DNA of 32,421 bases from an uncultured Planctomycetales bacterium. GTDB lineage: Bacteria; Planctomycetota; SZUA-567; JAFGNG01. The stretch's first letter is position 1. Each line of letters starts with the position of its first letter. A program made the translations under genes and the position numbers. Below, one piece after another: positions 31,977 through 32,421 of the stretch. The DNA lies in assembly GCA_964553265.1 (NCBI GenBank), contig CAZKKD010000002.1, positions 1 to 32,421 of the forward strand. Direction: 5' to 3'. The notes beneath the pieces were generated by a model. The model was not told the origin of the DNA, searched no databases, and saw only the letters and a program-made list of their open reading frames with translations.

Positions 31977-32421
31977 ATGAGCGAAAAAATTGTCGTCGAA
32001 TGCACCTGCGGAAAGCGCTACAAGGCCACCGCCGACAAGATCGGCAAGAAGATGAAGTGCAAGGCCTGCGGCGAACCCTTCGAGATCCAGCCCGTCGAGG
32101 ACGACGAGGCGCCCGCCGCCGCGGCGAACGAGAACGCGGACGAGCAGGAGAACACCGCCGCCCCCGACGAGTACGCCCCCGACCTCCCGGCCTTCAAGCC
32201 GGCCAAGCGGCTCAAGCTCGCCGTCGACACGCCCAAGGTGCACCCCGACACCCTCATGGCCGAGATCGCCCGCCCCGCCATGGGCCGGAGCCTCGGGCTC
32301 TCGGTGGCCATCCATGCCGTCCTCCTCGGCGCCACCTCGGTCGGCTTCATGAACGGTTACGCCAGCCACGCCAGCAAGTACGGCACCTGGCACCTGCCCA
32401 CCATCCGCGAGAAGAAGGCCC
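31977..32421 (+). CDS. Zinc-ribbon protein with a TonB-type (S-x3-H) transmembrane anchor; the C-terminus lies beyond the window
   Basis: Not in the ORF track (no stop). Hand translation from ATG 31977 (GGGGAG 5 nt upstream) gives MSEKIVVECTCGKRYKATADKIGKKMKCKACGEPFEIQPVEDDEAPAAAANENADEQENTAAPDEYAPDLPAFKPAKRLKLAVDTPKVHPDTLMAEIARPAMGRSLGLSVAIHAVLLGATSVGFMNGYASHASKYGTWHLPTIREKKA... C9-x-C11...C28-xx-C31 forms an MJ0042-like Zn ribbon. LGLSVAIHAVLLGA mirrors the E. coli TonB anchor LLSVCIHGAVVAGLL. Confidence 0.7.
   Translation, partial: MSEKIVVECTCGKRYKATADKIGKKMKCKACGEPFEIQPVEDDEAPAAAANENADEQENTAAPDEYAPDLPAFKPAKRLKLAVDTPKVHPDTLMAEIARPAMGRSLGLSVAIHAVLLGATSVGFMNGYASHASKYGTWHLPTIREKKA

Overview
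This is a high-G+C bacterial chromosomal window; the flanks look roughly two-thirds G+C by eye, and two islets are visibly lower in G+C. My lineage guess is a PVC-type diderm (Planctomycetota, Verrucomicrobiota, Lentisphaerota or Kiritimatiellota-like). It rests on two prepilin-leader proteins ([25 protein letters not shown]) with an H-X9-DG-type C-terminus and a 71-aa 'small basic protein'.

Content from left to right:
(i) A minus-strand sugar-processing operon (URO-D-like, GH2, URO-D-like), divergent from a GH3 gene.
(ii) Islet 1 (about 6.6-8.0 kb): a HigB/Gp49-like toxin, an XRE antitoxin with a long C-terminal tail, and a DUF3467-like small protein.
(iii) A GT4 glycosyltransferase, a small Arg-rich protein, an RluA-family pseudouridine synthase, REP-like palindromes, tRNA-Ser(UGA) and argG.
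(iv) Islet 2 (about 12.4-14.2 kb): a toxin-antitoxin-chaperone (TAC) module with a SecB-like chaperone, whose toxin carries an in-frame TAG, plus a 100-bp inverted-repeat element.
(v) Two tandem pseudopilin-like genes, a class I/II aminotransferase and a small basic protein.
(vi) The dominant feature: a plus-strand cluster of more than 13.8 kb. It encodes a 2,549-aa exported TPR/beta-module giant, two further exported TPR proteins, one ExbB/TolQ-like subunit, two ExbD/TolR-like subunits, and a zinc-ribbon TonB-like protein that runs off the window.

I consider (vi) and the two tripartite TA modules the best candidates for undescribed biology. All family assignments come from motif recognition by eye; no database searches were run. 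Many long ORFs in the track are GC-rich antisense or out-of-frame shadows and were discarded.
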